This document shows, one piece after another, positions 1-13,800 of a DNA stretch of 64,000 nt (position 1 is the stretch's first letter; each line of letters begins with the position of its first letter). The notes under the pieces are model-generated. The model worked only from the letters and a program-made list of their open reading frames with translations. It made no database searches and was not told the DNA's origin. The position numbers were made by a program, and so were the translations under genes. The DNA is from Amphiscolops sp. MND2022 (lineage: Eukaryota), in assembly GCA_964187785.1 (NCBI GenBank), contig OZ076409.1:7132001-7196000 (forward strand), in the 5' to 3' direction.

Positions 1-3000
1 TAATGTGAGTGCTTCGGAAGCATGAGGTCGTGAGTTCGAATCCCACTCATAGCTAAATTTTACAAAACCAGATGATACCAAAAAGTCTGATCGGTTTTTT
101 CAACGACACTTGCAATTTTTCGCAAAGTTTTTCACCTGAAGGGTTCCCTTTATGACTTTTTATCATTTTGATTTTAAAAAAGCATCGTTCAACTACTGAA
201 GGTCCGTCTCTCTTTTGAGTTTCTGACACTGTGCAGTGTTTTAGAAATTTCCTCTCTTACTTGAGTTTTTTGTGTTTTGAGCTATAGAAAAGCGTGTTTC
301 GATCCGTGCGGGTAGTTTCTGGCTATCTAAGGTTGTCAGAAGACATCTTCCAACATATTTAAAAGAGATGAAAGTTTTCGAGCGTTGATAACATTACCGA
401 TTGTAAGCGTGTCCGTCTTGTCAATTTTTGTTTACTGATATTCGGTAAACATATATATTATAACACCTGATGATTGAACGCAACTAAAGACTGGAAAAAT
501 TCGTGTTGCAGTTTTATTTGAACTTCCGAAGTTAGAAAAGAATCTGCAAAGAATCTCATCCGCGGTCTTCTTGTCAGAAACCTCAGTCCGAATGAAACCG
601 GATCTCCTTTTTTAAACCTTGTGATTTTTTTACACTGAACACTTATCTCAACATTTTTTGTGCACTTCGAGGGAATTGAAACTAGTCCGACAGAAAACCA
701 CTACGAAAGTTGCCTTTGCTTTCATTATAATAGTATGGTATCCCAAAAAAGACAGGAAAAGACCTTTTCAGCTCGTCTAGTACCTGCCCTGCAAAACAAT
801 TCTTTCGTTTCCAGCTAATGGTAGCATTTCCTAGCAATCAGAGAAATAATTCGAAAAGATCCACGTAGAGTGTGCCACGTAGAGTGTATCCAGCGTTCTA
901 ACGTAGTTTTTCGTTTGATTATCTGATTGTTTCAATAATTTTGAGGGTATCAAATCATTCGCTTTCAACTAATTGTAACATTTGTTTAGAGCATTTCCAA
1001 ACTTCATTACAGTCCGGTCGGTGGTTGCTGCTAAAAGGTGTTATGTAAAAAGGTGTTAGGTAAAAAGTTATTTTCTTGTGGCTTTTTCAAAATTATTTTA
1101 ATGCAATAGATTTTCTTGACTAATTTTCCGGTAAAAAGTTCCCATTTTAGATTTGTACTCAATCCGAAACTCTTTTCCGGAATATTGTAGCAACGCCCTA
1201 TTCTAATTGCATCATATTGAGTTGGTTTGCGTAGAGGAAGGACAAAAATTATTTGTGTAGATGGAGGAAAATCAGCAACTTTGCTGCATTTTTTGATACA
1301 AATTCTGTCAAAAAGCCACTTAGTTATATAATCCATTTAGATACTGTATAGTTACTGCAACTGTCACAAATTGCAGCACGTCCGCCTGCCAGTGAGTAGG
1401 TCGTGCTTTCGAACCCTGGCTGTCGCATGAAATCTTTTTGCAATAAGAGTGTGGCGCAAACTATCCCGCGCTTAGCCGGCGTCTTGTTATTTTCCGCCCA
1501 CATAAATGGGGGAGGAAAATCATGATCTGTGTTGCGTTTTTTTTCTCCACTTTTATTTACTCCATTTAGTGAACTAGTCACCGTGGCACAGTTGTTAGTG
1601 CGTCTTCGAATCTGTGCCTCCTCTTTAGTAAAACGCAATATAGTTCGGATATTACGTCAAAAATTCGGATATAGCGCAATATTTTCGAACCACCACCTCC
1701 TAAATTCGGATCGTATTGAAAATTTATCGAAGGATGTTTTTTGAAAAAACCTAATATCAGACAAAAATGAAAATTTTGAACAGTCTCATAGTGCCGAAAA
1801 AATGTGAAATTCGGGACCATTTGGGATTTTTTAACATCCATTCTGTTGCAAAATTTCAAAAAAAATTGAAGGAGGACCCTTTGGTGTAATCAAAAAATTG
1901 TAGAAAAAAGTCTCCTAGTGCCAAAAAAATCTCAATAAAAATCACCAAGATAGCCAAAGGGGATCCGTAGTAGGTTTTCAAGGTTCTGGACGTCGGATTT
2001 GTTTTGGACAGGGTTCTGACGTTTCCAGTATGTTTTCGACATCCGTAGTTCAGGTTGCATGAATGAACAAAAAAGTGGACCATACGTGGCTAAAAAACTA
2101 CCCACTGAAAGAGCCGGGCACTTTTTTTCTTCAAAAGCGTCGATCAAAAAACTTTCATCTTTCTCCTTCTTCTATTAGTCTACAATTATACGTGATAGAG
2201 ACCAGGTTATATCTACACATTACAACACCGACTCTCTTCGATTTCGCAGAATATCAAACACCTCGAAGAACGAATTTGTCATGACAAAAGATCCTTTGGA
2301 CCTTCAAAAACTCAAAACTGAATCTGTTGTTTTTTTTCTGTTTTCGTAAATACCTTGGAGCAACAAATACGAAACAAGAGCAAAAGGTGTTATTGTGTCA
2401 AGAATTCTAAAGAGCAATCTTAACGTTTTTGATTCCATGTCAGTACATGCCATCTAATTTCTCAGTAAAAGCCTTTTGAAAATCTTGGTTAGGGCACAAA
2501 AACGCAAATATCTCGATAATTATAAAGAACCCGTTTTTGAGAATAATCAAAACAGTCGCAAAAGTGTCAAAACGTTGAAAGTAGGAACATTTGGGATTTC
2601 TTTGCTTCATTAAAAAAGATATTGAAATCTTTGTTTTGAAAAGTGCAAACTAACGATGCCGCGCTCTGCTGTAATGTAAGGCTAAGTACTAAGAAAAGAG
2701 GTTTGTTACTAATTATAGCCTTCTGTACCGCCGTATAACACAACGTTTTTCTGACCTATGCAGAATCTCACTTTAACATGGTATAAAAATAATTGTCAAA
2801 TGTTCGAAAAATCATTGGTCATTGTGATCCGAGGTTTTTTCAATCACCGCATTTAGATGTCCGCCCGTTGTACTCATAACGATTTTCTTTTTTTTTTCGA
2901 CCACATATTGAGACTGAATGGTTCACTTGTTAAATATTTCGTTTTCGCAGTATGGCCCGCAATTTGACGTTGTGGTTAGTGTGTGTGCTTCGGAAGCATG

Positions 3001-6000
3001 TTGTTGTGGGTTCGAATCCCACTCATAGCTAAATTTTACAAAACCAGATGATACCAAAAAGTCTGATCGGTTTTTTTTCAACGACATTTGCAATTTTTCG
3101 CAAAGTTTTTCACCTGAAGGGTTCCCTTTATGACTTTTTATCACTTTGATTTTAAAAAGGCATCGTTCAACTACTGAAGGTCCGTCTCTCTTTTGAGCTT
3201 CTGACACTGTGCAGTAATTTAGAAATTTCCTCTCTTACTTGAGATTTTTGTGTTTTAGGCTATAGAAAAGCGTGTTTCGATCCATACGGGTAGTTTTTGG
3301 CTATCTAAGGTTCTCAGAAGGCATCTTCCAACATATTTAAAAGAGATGAAAGTTTTCGAGCGTTGATAACATTACCGATTGTAAGCGTGTCCGTCTTGTC
3401 AATTTTTGTTTACTGATATTCGGTAAACATATATATTATAACACCTGATGATTGAACGCAACTAAAGACTGGAAAAATTCGTGTTGCAGTTTTATTTGAA
3501 CTTCCGAAGTTAGAAAAGAATCTGCAAAGAATCTCATCCGCGGTCTTCTTGTCAGAAACCTCAGTCCGAATGAAACCGGATCTCCTTTTTTAAACCTTGT
3601 GATTTTTTTACACTGAACACTTATCTCAACATTTTTTGTGCACTTCGAGGGAATTGAAACTAGTCCGACAGAAAACCACTACGAAAGTTGCCTTTGCTTT
3701 CATTATAATAGTATGGTATCCCAAAAAAGACAGGAAAAGACCTTTTCAGCTCGTCTAGTACCTGCCCTGCAAAACAATTCTTTCGTTTCCAGCTAATGGT
3801 AGCATTTCCTAGCAATCAGAGAAATAATTCGAAAAGATCCACGTAGAGTGTGCCACGTAGAGTGTATCCAGCGTTCTAACGTAGTTTTTCGTTTGATTAT
3901 CTGATTGTTTCAATAATTTTGAGGGTATCAAATCATTCGCTTTCAACTAATTGTAACATTTGTTTAGAGCATTTCCAAACTTCATTACAGTCCGGTCGGT
4001 GGTTGCTGCTAAAAGGTGTTATGTAAAAAGGTGTTAGGTAAAAAGTTATTTTCTTGTGGCTTTTTCAAAATTATTTTAATGCAATAGATTTTCTTGACTA
4101 ATTTTCCGGTAAAAAGTTCCCATTTTAGATTTGTACTCAATCCGAAACTCTTTTCCGGAATATTGTAGCAACGCCCTATTCTAATTGCATCATATTGAGT
4201 TGGTTTGCGTAGAGGAAGGACAAAAATTATTTGTGTAGATGGAGGAAAATCAGCAACTTTGCTGCATTTTTTGATACAAATTCTGTCAAAAAGCCACTTA
4301 GTTATATAATCCATTTAGATACTGTATAGTTACTGCAACTGTCACAAATTGCAGCACGTCCGCCTGCCAGTGAGTAGGTCGTGCTTTCGAACCCTGGCTG
4401 TCGCATGAAATCTTTTTGCAATAAGAGTGTGGCGCAAACTATCCCGCGCTTAGCAGGCGTCTTGTTATTTTCCGCCCACATAAATGGGGGAGGAAAATCA
4501 TGATCTGTGTTGCGTTTTTTTTCTCCACTTTTATTTACTCCATTTAGTGAACTAGTCACCGTGGCACAGTTGTTAGTGCGTCTTCGAATCTGTGCCTCCT
4601 CTTTAGTAAAACGCAATATAGTTCGGATATTACGTCAAAAATTCGGATATAGCGCAATATTTTCGAACCACCACCTCCTAAATTCGGATCGTATTGAAAA
4701 TTTATCGAAGGATGTTTTTTGAAAAAACCTAATATCAGACAAAAATGAAAATTTTGAACAGTCTCATAGTGCCGAAAAAATGTGAAATTCGGGACCATTT
4801 GGGATTTTTTAACATCCATTCTGTTGCAAAATTTCAAAAAAAATTGAAGGAGGACCCTTTGGTGTAATCAAAAAATTGTAGAAAAAAGTCTCCTAGTGCC
4901 AAAAAAATCTCAGTAAAAATCACCAAGATAGCCAAAGGGGATCCGTAGTAGGTTTTCAAGGTTCTGGACGTCGGATTTGTTTTGGACAGGGTTCTGACGT
5001 TTCCAGTATGTTTTCGACATCCGTAGTTCAGGTTGCATGAATGAACAAAAAAGTGGACCATACGTGGCTAAAAAACTACCCACTGAAAGAGCCGGGCACT
5101 TTTTTTCTTCAAAAGCGTCGATCAAAAAACTTTCATCTTTCTCCTTCTTCTATTAGTCTACAATTATACGTGATAGAGACCAGGTTATATCTACACATTA
5201 CAACACCGACTCTCTTCGATTTCGCAGAATATCAAACACCTCGAAGAACGAATTTGTCATGACAAAAGATCCTTTGGACCTTCAAAAACTCAAAACTGAA
5301 TCTGTTGTTTTTTTTCTGTTTTCGTAAATACCTTGGAGCAACAAATACGAAACAAGAGCAAAAGGTGTTATTGTGTCAAGAATTCTAAAGAGCAATCTTA
5401 ACGTTTTTGATTCCATGTCAGTACATGCCATCTAATTTCTCAGTAAAAGCCTTTTGAAAATCTTGGTTAGGGCACAAAAACGCAAATATCTCAATAATTA
5501 TAAAGAACCCGTTTTTGAGAATAATCAAAACAGTCGCAAAAGTGTCAAAACGTTGAAAGTAGGAACATTTGGGATTTCTTTGCTTCATTAAAAAAGATAT
5601 TGAAATCTTTGTTTTGAAAAGTGCAAACTAACGATGCCGCGCTCTGCTGTAATGTAAGGCTAAGTACTAAGAAAAGAGGTTTGTTACTAATTATAGCCTT
5701 CTGTACCGCCGTATAACACAACGTTTTTCTGACCTATGCAGAATCTCACTTTAACATGGTATAAAAATAATTGTCAAATGTTCGAAAAATCATTGGTCAT
5801 TGTGATCCGAGGTTTTTTCAATCACCGCATTTAGATGTCCGCCCGTTGTACTCATAACGATTTTCTTTTTTTTTCGACCACATATTGAGACTGAATGGTT
5901 CACTTGTTAAATATTTCGTTTTCGCAGTATGGCCCGCAATTTGACGTTGTGGTTAGTGTGTGTGCTTCGGAAGCATGTTGTTGTGGGTTCGAATCCCACT

Positions 6001-7576
6001 CATAGCTAAATTTTACAAAACCAGATGATACCAAAAAGTCTGATCGGTTTTTTTCAACGACATTTGCAATTTTTCGCAAAGTTTTTCACCTGAAGGGTTT
6101 CCTTTATGACTTTTTATCACTTTGATTTTAAAAAGGCATCGTTCAACTACTGAAGGTCCGTCTCTCTTTTGAGCTTCTGACACTGTGCAGTAATTTAGAA
6201 ATTTCCTCTCTTACTTGAGATTTTTGTGTTTTGAGCTATAGAAAAGCGTGTTTCGATCCATACGGGTAGTTTTTGGCTATCTAAGGTTCTCAGAAGGCAT
6301 CTTCCAACATATTTAAAAGAGATGAAAGTTTTCGAGCGTTGATAACATTACCGATTGTAAGCGTGTTCGTCTTGTCAATTTTTGTTTACTGATATTCGGT
6401 AAACATATATATTATAACACCTGATGATTGAACGCAACTAAAGACTGGAAAAATTCGTGTTGCAGTTTTATTTGAACTTCCGAAGTTAGAAAAGAATCTG
6501 CAAAGAATCTCATCCGCGGTCTTCTTGTCAGAAACCTCAGTCCGAATGAAACCGGATCTCCTTTTTTAAACCTTGTGATTTTTTTACACTGAACACTTAT
6601 CTCAACATTTTTTGTGCACTTCGAGGGAATTGAAACCAGTCCGACAGAAAACCACTACGAAAGTTGCCTTTGCTTTCATTATAATAGTATGGTATCCAAA
6701 AAAGACAGGAAAAGACCTTTTCAGCTCGTCTAGTACCTGCCCTGCAAAACAATTCTTTCGTTTCCAGCTAATGGTAGCATTTCCTAGCAATCAGAGAAAT
6801 AATTCGAAAAGATCCACGTAGAGTGTGCCACGTAGAGTGTATCCAGCGTTCTAACGTAGTTTTTCGTTTGATTATCTGATTGTTTCAATAATTTTGAGGG
6901 TATCAAATCATTCGCTTTCAACTAATTGTAACATTTGTTTAGAGCATTTCCAAACTTCATTACAGTCCGGTTGGTGGTTGCTGCTAAAAGGTGTTATGTA
7001 AAAAGGTGTTAGGTAAAAAGTTATTTTCTTGTGGCTTTTTCAAAATTATTTTAATGCAATAGATTTTCTTGACTAATTTTCCGGTAAAAAGTTCCCATTT
7101 TAGATTTGTACTCAATCCGAAACTCTTTTCCGGAATATTGTAGCAACGCCCTATTCTAATTGCATCATATTGAGTTGGTTTGCGTAGAGGAAGGACAAAA
7201 ATTATTTGTGTAGAGGGAGGAAAATCAGCATCTTTGCTGCATTTTTTGATACAAATTCTGTCAAAAAGCCACTTAGTTATATAATCCATTTAGATACTGT
7301 ATAGTTACTGCAACTGTCACAAATTGCAGCACGTCCGCCTGCCAGTGAGTAGGTCGTGCTTTCGAACCCTGGCTGTCGCATGAAATCTTTTTGCAATAAG
7401 AGTGTGGCGCAAACTATCCCGCGCTTAGCAGGCGTCTTGTTATTTTCCGCCCACGTAAATGGGGGAGGAAAATCATGATCTGTGTTGCGTTTTTTTTAAA
7501 CAAATTCTGCTAGATCTCCACTTTTATTTACTCCATTTAGTGAACTAGTCACCGTGGCACAGTTGTTAGTGCGTCT
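1..7576. repeat. Head-to-tail tandem triplication, unit ~2.98 kb (<1-1605, 1606-4583, 4584-7576)
   Basis: Near-identical ORF sets recur at offsets of 2978 (1031 to 4009) and 2975 (4009 to 6984). Homology ends at ...GTTAGTGCGTCT (1605, 4583, 7576). Confidence 0.95.
2965..3030 (+). mobile_element. tRNA-derived (SINE-head-like) cassette inside a HINE-like repeat; copies at ~1-55 and ~5942-6007
   Basis: A-box-like TGTGGTTAGTG, CTTCGGAAG loop and B-box GGTTCGAATCCC, but no proper acceptor stem. The host repeat ends with ...CCGTCTTGT (~421, ~3399). Confidence 0.6.
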
Positions 7577-7671
7577 GCCTGCCAGGCACGAGGTTTTGGG
7601 TTCGAACACGGGCTGGAGCGTTACATTTTTTTATAGCGGAAAATATCCCGGTGCTTAGCGGGCGTCTTGTT
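7441..7671 (+). mobile_element. HINE-like family 2 element with internal tRNA-like cassette; inverted copy ~40389-40623, partial copy ~58189-58290
   Basis: Subterminal inverted repeat TATTTTCCGC...GCGGAAAATA, then a CCCG-n8-CGGG hairpin and a CTTGTT end. Internal TGGCACAGTTGTTAGTGCG...GGGTTCGAACACGGG. Preceded head-to-tail by a more degenerate copy (~7200-7440). Confidence 0.65.
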
Positions 7672-8146
7672 CAACTTGCACTGCCATCCAGAGTTGCAAG
7701 CTATTGTTATAAGCTTCATTTGTTTTCGAACTTTAGTATCCATCAATTGTCATCGGTAGACCGGTCCGGGTCGGAGATCGAACTGCTATAGGAGGAATGC
7801 TATAAAGTTTCACTAAGGTTAAGCATTGTTGCATCCCTAAGGTCTTGCCTTACAAGCTGTATAAACAGCGGGAATAAATTGTCCTACCTGGTGATGCCTT
7901 GTACATTCACATTTTGCCCAAATTGTCTTGAGACATCTTGTCATGAATACACTCACCAAAGGCAAAAAGTACTTTCGCCAAATGGCTCCCAAATATCTTC
8001 ACTGAATGCGCAAAAGAAAAAAACTATTCCTTTTTTGCACGAATGTTTCATCTATTTCCTCATATCTCTCTATGCTTTTCTGGTACTTTTTCCGCCATTT
8101 TATGGAGCTTGTTACTAATATCATTTCTCTTCTTTCCGACACGTCG

Positions 8147-8705
8147 ACAAGCCGGGAAGGGCATAATTTGGCGCCCGCTCATGGCTCAAGAAGAGCAGAA
8201 GTACTGCAAAGCGAAGAGGATTTTTCGTTTGAATAGTTTCGCAGTGTCAAAAAACCCTTGCCTTTGGGCTAAAGAAGCTTTTTGGCATTTATTCTGATTG
8301 GAAATATCAAAAAAAACGAAACGTTTCTGCTTCTTTTCCCACCAGAAACTAAAAAACCAAAGCGAGAACGTTTTTGTGAAGAGTAAGTTACTTAAAAACG
8401 CTCTTTCCTAGCCACCAATATGGAAAAAACGAAGGTCCCTTTTGGAATACTGAAATTTCTGTTCAAAAAAGTCTCACAGATCCAGGAAAATTCTATTAGG
8501 TTTCGAACACAACCTATTTGATCCGAATAAGTATGCGGAAAAGGAATGGAGAGAAACTTCCGACTATTTTGCCAATTTTTAGAATTTTTAAATAAAATTG
8601 TGGATGTCTTGGCATTTGGCATGAAACGGTCCCTTGAAAAAAAAGAAACAAGACGAAAAGTCACTATAATATTCACGTTTTATTACATGAAATGCCGACT
8701 AAAAA
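8147..8705 (-). mobile_element. HINE-like family 1 element (degenerate copy)
   Basis: Starts ACAAGCCGGGAAGGGC..TTGGCGCC and ends TGCCGACTAAAAA, the same termini as the copy at 37174-37595. Confidence 0.7.
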
Positions 8706-8960
8706 CGAGTCTACTTCTACCAAAAATTCACTTGATGTCAATATTTGCTCTAGATACAAAAACGGGAGGTTCCAAGTTCCTGAATCCAATTCTTCGACTA
8801 CCGGCCTGCGAAGGGAGACAATGCAACAGTCCAAACTTTTGGGGGGTCACCAAACTGACAACCGGGTGCGAATTCTGGGAGTGCCAGTAGTTGACAACAC
8901 CGTTCCACTCACCAAAAGAGGGTTCCCCCAATACGACATCAAAACAGGGTTACAACCTAT

Positions 8961-9423
8961 CAGGGGTGTTCAATATTTTATTCGAGTATTATTGCTTAAA
9001 AATAAATTATTTTATTTTAACTGTGGAAAAAATAAATAATTTTATTATTCTTTTGCTAAAATAATTATTTTTATTCTCAGCGAAAAACGGATATCAACAA
9101 AAACTTAAATTAGCCATTCATAATCAGGCCAAAACGCGGCGACAGAGTTTTTTTAATGGACTCTTCGACCTTTTGCGTCAGTAGCCCAAGGTACTTGACA
9201 AAGGTATTTCTAGAAATGAGCTCAATATTTCTCTATTTTCGAATTTAGTTGGCTGGCGTTATGTTGAATTAAACACTCTTGGTTTTATTTATCTCAAGAA
9301 TAATCATTTTTATTTTAACAGGTCCAAAAAGAATTATTTTTATTCGTTTAAGTGTAAAGATAAATTATTTTATTTTATTTATAATAACTATTCTTAACCA
9401 TAAATATTTTTTGAACACCCCTG
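8961..9423. mobile_element. hAT-like MITE
   Basis: 13-bp TIR CAGGGGTGTTCAA / TTGAACACCCCTG. Flanks CAACCTAT and TAACCTAT form a near-perfect 8-bp TSD. AT-rich interior. Confidence 0.75.
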
Positions 9424-10143
9424 TAACCTATTAGATATTAGACGCCACTAATTTTTTGATGAAAAAAAGATCCAATTTTAACTTTTAACTAGCAAGTCAT
9501 CCTGCCCAAAGGCATGCCTGCTTGCAACCAAAAATGCTGATCAAACTCTGATTTTGATTCGACCACTGAACAAAAAATAGTTTGAAAACCAGAGTTGTGT
9601 ATCAAACCTTACAGCATTCAGGGCGAAGCTAGTTCAATTTCACACACAAAAAGTTCGTTTAATTACGACGTTTAATTCTTTCTTCAACTCCAGACTTTTT
9701 TGATTGGATGAGAAATACGGATCGCTTCAGTTCGATGCCGTAATTTGTCGTGTCTAATGAAATTGAAGCGGAAACATGACGTCAATAGCCGAGACAAAGT
9801 CCAACTTCTCCATTATATTGTGATTACTCAAACTTTTAGTATGAAATTGCCCTCTTGATAGTAAGTGAGAATAGGAATCAGTGGGAATGATCATAAGGTG
9901 ATGTTCTATGGAGAGAACACAGAGCCTAAGTTTGTTTTTCACCTCGAAGTCTCAGTCGAAGCTTGCAAGAATCTTGAAAGTTCCAAGAACCGTGCAAGAC
10001 ATTTTGGAAAACCTAGGGTACCTATTTTGAAATGATTACAAGGTATTTCAACTTTACAGGAGGCTTACGTCTCAGAGACTTTAACTTCGGAGGCTATCCC
10101 TTGGGAGTGTTAACCTGATGCTTTTGAAATCATCAATCTGTTA

Positions 10144-10565
10144 TTTTTAGGAGTCGAAAAAAATTGTCGACTACTTATGCACTCGTACCTTTCTTCTCCC
10201 GACCTTTCAATGAAAATTACCGATTCCTTAAAAACTGTCCACACTGTGCTTACAAAATTTAGCACAGTCATTCTACACGCAAAGATGCTCCTGCTTGCGC
10301 AATGACATCAAACTTTTATAACTGGGATCTGAGAAAATTTAGTCCAAAAATGACCAAAAAACGGCCATTTTTGGACTTTTTTCGATTTTCTCAAAAACTG
10401 TCCATTCGGTTTCAAGGAAGTTTTTCACAATCAATCTACACCATATTAGGGTCCTACTTTAAAATTGTATGACTTGGATCCTAGAAACATAGCCAAAATT
10501 AGGTAGTTTATTTTTCAATATTTTAATCAGTTTCCGACTCCTTTACCGCACATGCGGCTCTGGTT
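10144..10565 (+). mobile_element. HINE-like family 3 element; other copies ~40965-41160 (-), ~41769-42100, ~46970-47277
   Basis: 5' TTTTTAGGAGTCGAA with nearby partial IR TCGACTAC. 3' TCCGACTCC, CCGC-ACAT-GCGG hairpin and CTGGTT end. The internal sequence is shared among the listed copies. Confidence 0.65.
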
Positions 10566-10716
10566 ATAAATGTTTTAGTGTTTTGGGGCTTTGAATTGCA
10601 GTGTATCAATTTTACAGTTCAGACCGCGAAAAATTTCAAATTTTTTGAAAATTGTCAGTTCCCATAAAACTGACGATAGAATGTCTCCATGATAAAGTTA
10701 TGGTTTTTGCTTTTAG

Positions 10717-10854
10717 ACATCGTTTCCCAAGAAAGAAAGAATACGGAGCAAAATTTGACGAAGTTTGTCGTTCGGAGAAGTGGAAAACGAGCAAAGTTCA
10801 GACTGTGCGAAGAACAGTTCAAACTCTAGATGAGCAGAAAGACTACAGATACAG
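10717..10854 (+). CDS. Exon (phase 2-2): HRFPRKKEYGAKFDEV...DEQKDYRY
   Basis: TTTTAG acceptor, GTTTCA donor, open frame; phase matches the next exon. Confidence 0.6.
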
Positions 10855-13800
10855 GTTTCATGGCCACACGTTTTGACCGAAAATTGAAAAAAAAGTCTAG
10901 TCCTCAAATCTTTCAGGCTCTAAGTTGGTGTTCTTGGTACTAACTGGGTCTCATCAAAATTTAACTGAAGTTCAATTTCATCTGATCTTGGACGGAGGAT
11001 TTAGAACAAATTTTGCTAGGACGCCAAAACTTGGACAAAAACAGTTTCCAATAGAAGGTGTATCAATCATCAGCAATATTATATTTCTCGATTAATTAAT
11101 AGCTTAAGCTTTATTTGTATGAAGTGCTTCTTTATAAACACATCCCAACTCATGTTTGAACCCCTGAGTGTATATATGATTCTGATGCTTTATCGTTAAA
11201 TATGATGAACTTCCTTGTTCAATTTCCAATTGATGTCAACCATGAAATATGAGATCTAACATACTCTATTTGCTTCTGCCACCTGATACAAAAATACCGC
11301 GTTAGAGTTCTTGGGTGTCTATATCTTTGTTCCCCATGAGCATCGAAGACTCCTGGGCCAGTAAAGTCGGGCATCAGGTGTGCAGAAGCCGCTGAAAATG
11401 ACTAGCACAACAGAGGTCTGAGATACGAGTTTTCAAGGATTTTTTCAGTTTTTGTACTTTTATGATTTTTTGAATTGCTCTGCGGGGTTTCCCTTTAAAT
11501 GCGGAAGTGGACTGAAATAAGGTAAATCTAACCAATAACTCAATATGTTCAATCTAGTTTTTTTAAAATCTAAATTTTCTCCATAAATTCCATTTAAATT
11601 CTTTTTTAGTGAAACTCTTAGACATACTAAAAATGAAAGGTACAAAAATTCTCAAACTTGAAATACGGGATCCAGCTTAGATGGCATGAACTTGCCTTTT
11701 TGGTTTCCATCCAACACCAGCTACTCTCTGGCTACTATCGATCACAATTTATATTAATTTGGTGATTGGAGAAACGTTTATTAATAAAAATGCACCAAGT
11801 ATTGGTAATTTAGAGATACACTAGGGTACCGAAGTGTTGAAGTCAATTTAATTTGGCTAACGAACACTTTCAAAGCGCGAAATACTTTAATATATTCATT
11901 TTACAAAAACTCTCTGGAGCAAAGGTGGCTCAAGTTTTGACCAACAATACAAGGTGTTTTTTGTTTTGAAATCCAAGCAATATTTGAAAAATTATGCTAT
12001 AAGGTAATGCTATAGGTCAGAAATATTTCAATATTTAGAATTTTCATACACATTATCTCAAAACCTACTGGCCAGAAAAAACATCCCCTCAATCATTTTA
12101 TAGCCGTCACACCGTTCTTTAACTTATATATTTACCAATTATACTGAAAATTTTCTTAAAAAATTAACACCCAAAAAGACTTGTAATTTCGTCGAAGCAA
12201 TATTAAACTGGGTAAAATAGAAGATTTCAAGATTTTGTGATCATTTTGCGGTGTGAACCCCTGAAGAAGGCGTTTTCGGAAAAGTAGTAAATTCAAAAGT
12301 TGGAGATTTGAATCAAATGTACAAAACTGTCGCAAACACTTTTTGCAAAGAATATTACATGATGAATTTCGAGAAATACCAACAGTCAAATATTGGAGAC
12401 GGAGAAAGTGTTTGTTAGCTAATAACTTTTATAGTTTCTGTGAGACTTAAAAACAAAAATTACTCTTGTGATTTCAGTTGAAATTTGAAAAAAAATTTTC
12501 GCTCCAATACCTTTTGAGTCTACTGAATATGTACAATTTTATTGCGCTTTGAGATTTGGAATCAAGTGTCTTTAGATTTTTGGTGCTCTAGTGTATTAAA
12601 AGCGCGGCGTCCGGCTTATTCAGGTTTGGAGACGGGACTGAGCGGCGAGTGAGTGAAAAGAGTTCTTTGCACAGTGACGTCACTGAAACGATCGTGAAAC
12701 TGCCAATGAGAGACTCTCATGCGTGGAACCAGCAGTTCGTGAAGCTAGAGATGCCGGCCATCAGGTTCCAGAAACAGAAGTCCATGATTGGTTAGAGCAG
12801 AACTTTCTTCTTTTTTTTCTAATTTGTTTTCATCGAAGCCCCCCTCAATTTTAACTAGAAACGAAACGTCTTGTGAGCATAAAGGAATCCTTAGGGTTTT
12901 CGGCACTATTCGACTTACCGAAGACCTTCATCAAAAATTTTTGCGAAAAAAATTGTTAAACCCCGCTCCAATTTCTCGTTTTTTGAAAGGTTTTCGGATA
13001 AGCAAGATGTGTTTTTTGCTCTGTTTCCAGTCGGGGAAAAGCCTTCTGGGTCTTACGCGTATCCCTTCGGGTAGTTTTTGACACTGTAAAGCTTGATGAA
13101 ATCTTAACAATAGTGTCCTTTTGCATATTTAAAAAGCATTTAATTTTTTGACCAACTTGGGCCGTTCCCTGCTTGTTTGTTTTTCTTTTCATCATCTGTA
13201 GACATGTCGAAACCCGTCGATGGGATCCAAAATTTTGATGTAAAAATGCCAGGTGCTTAGTTCAGAGATGCATTTCTGAACTAAGCACCTGGCATTTTTT
13301 CTAACCCCAAATTTCGAAACCCCAAGTTTGGACGGGCTTCGACGAAATTCGATGGCCTTCGATGGGTGCGAGTTCCTGGTACAATGCCTGTGATAGTCAC
13401 CCCACCACAAACCACGAGGGCCACCGATGGAACACCAGTGACCACCTGTAGAGGCAATCTTGGATTATAACTCCCTATTTCCACCGGTGGCCACGGGTGC
13501 TCGTCAGCTTTAAACCGGTGGAATTTGTTCTAAAAAAACGTGACAAAGATTTTCGGAATTTTGTTGGAAATGTCAATGTTGACTTTTTCATTTATATTTG
13601 AATCCGGAGGGTTTCCGTCAATTACATCTGTAGCACTAAAGACGATTTTCAGGACCGCATGTTCCAAAACCACGATGTAGAGAGTGCGGCAGAGCAAAAA
13701 AGATCATACAAAACCAACAAAATAGAGGTGCTCATAGCACAGAGGTAAAACAATGGAGGCTCAATAAATAGATTACAGGTTTGCGTCACGGGTTTTGCAC

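Noticed and set aside
535..600. Peptide ESAKNLIRGLLVRN resembling a kinase C-lobe helix
   Set aside because: Too short, with no other kinase motifs and no convincing exon boundaries.
1031..2284. Cluster of short ORFs repeated two to three times
   Set aside because: Chance ORFs within the tandem unit and HINE bodies; no recognisable motifs or splice support.
2965..3030. Functional tRNA gene (also the tRNA-like segments at ~7555, ~44330, ~51500 and ~58740)
   Set aside because: A/B boxes are present but acceptor and D stems do not pair, and all copies sit inside dispersed repeats.
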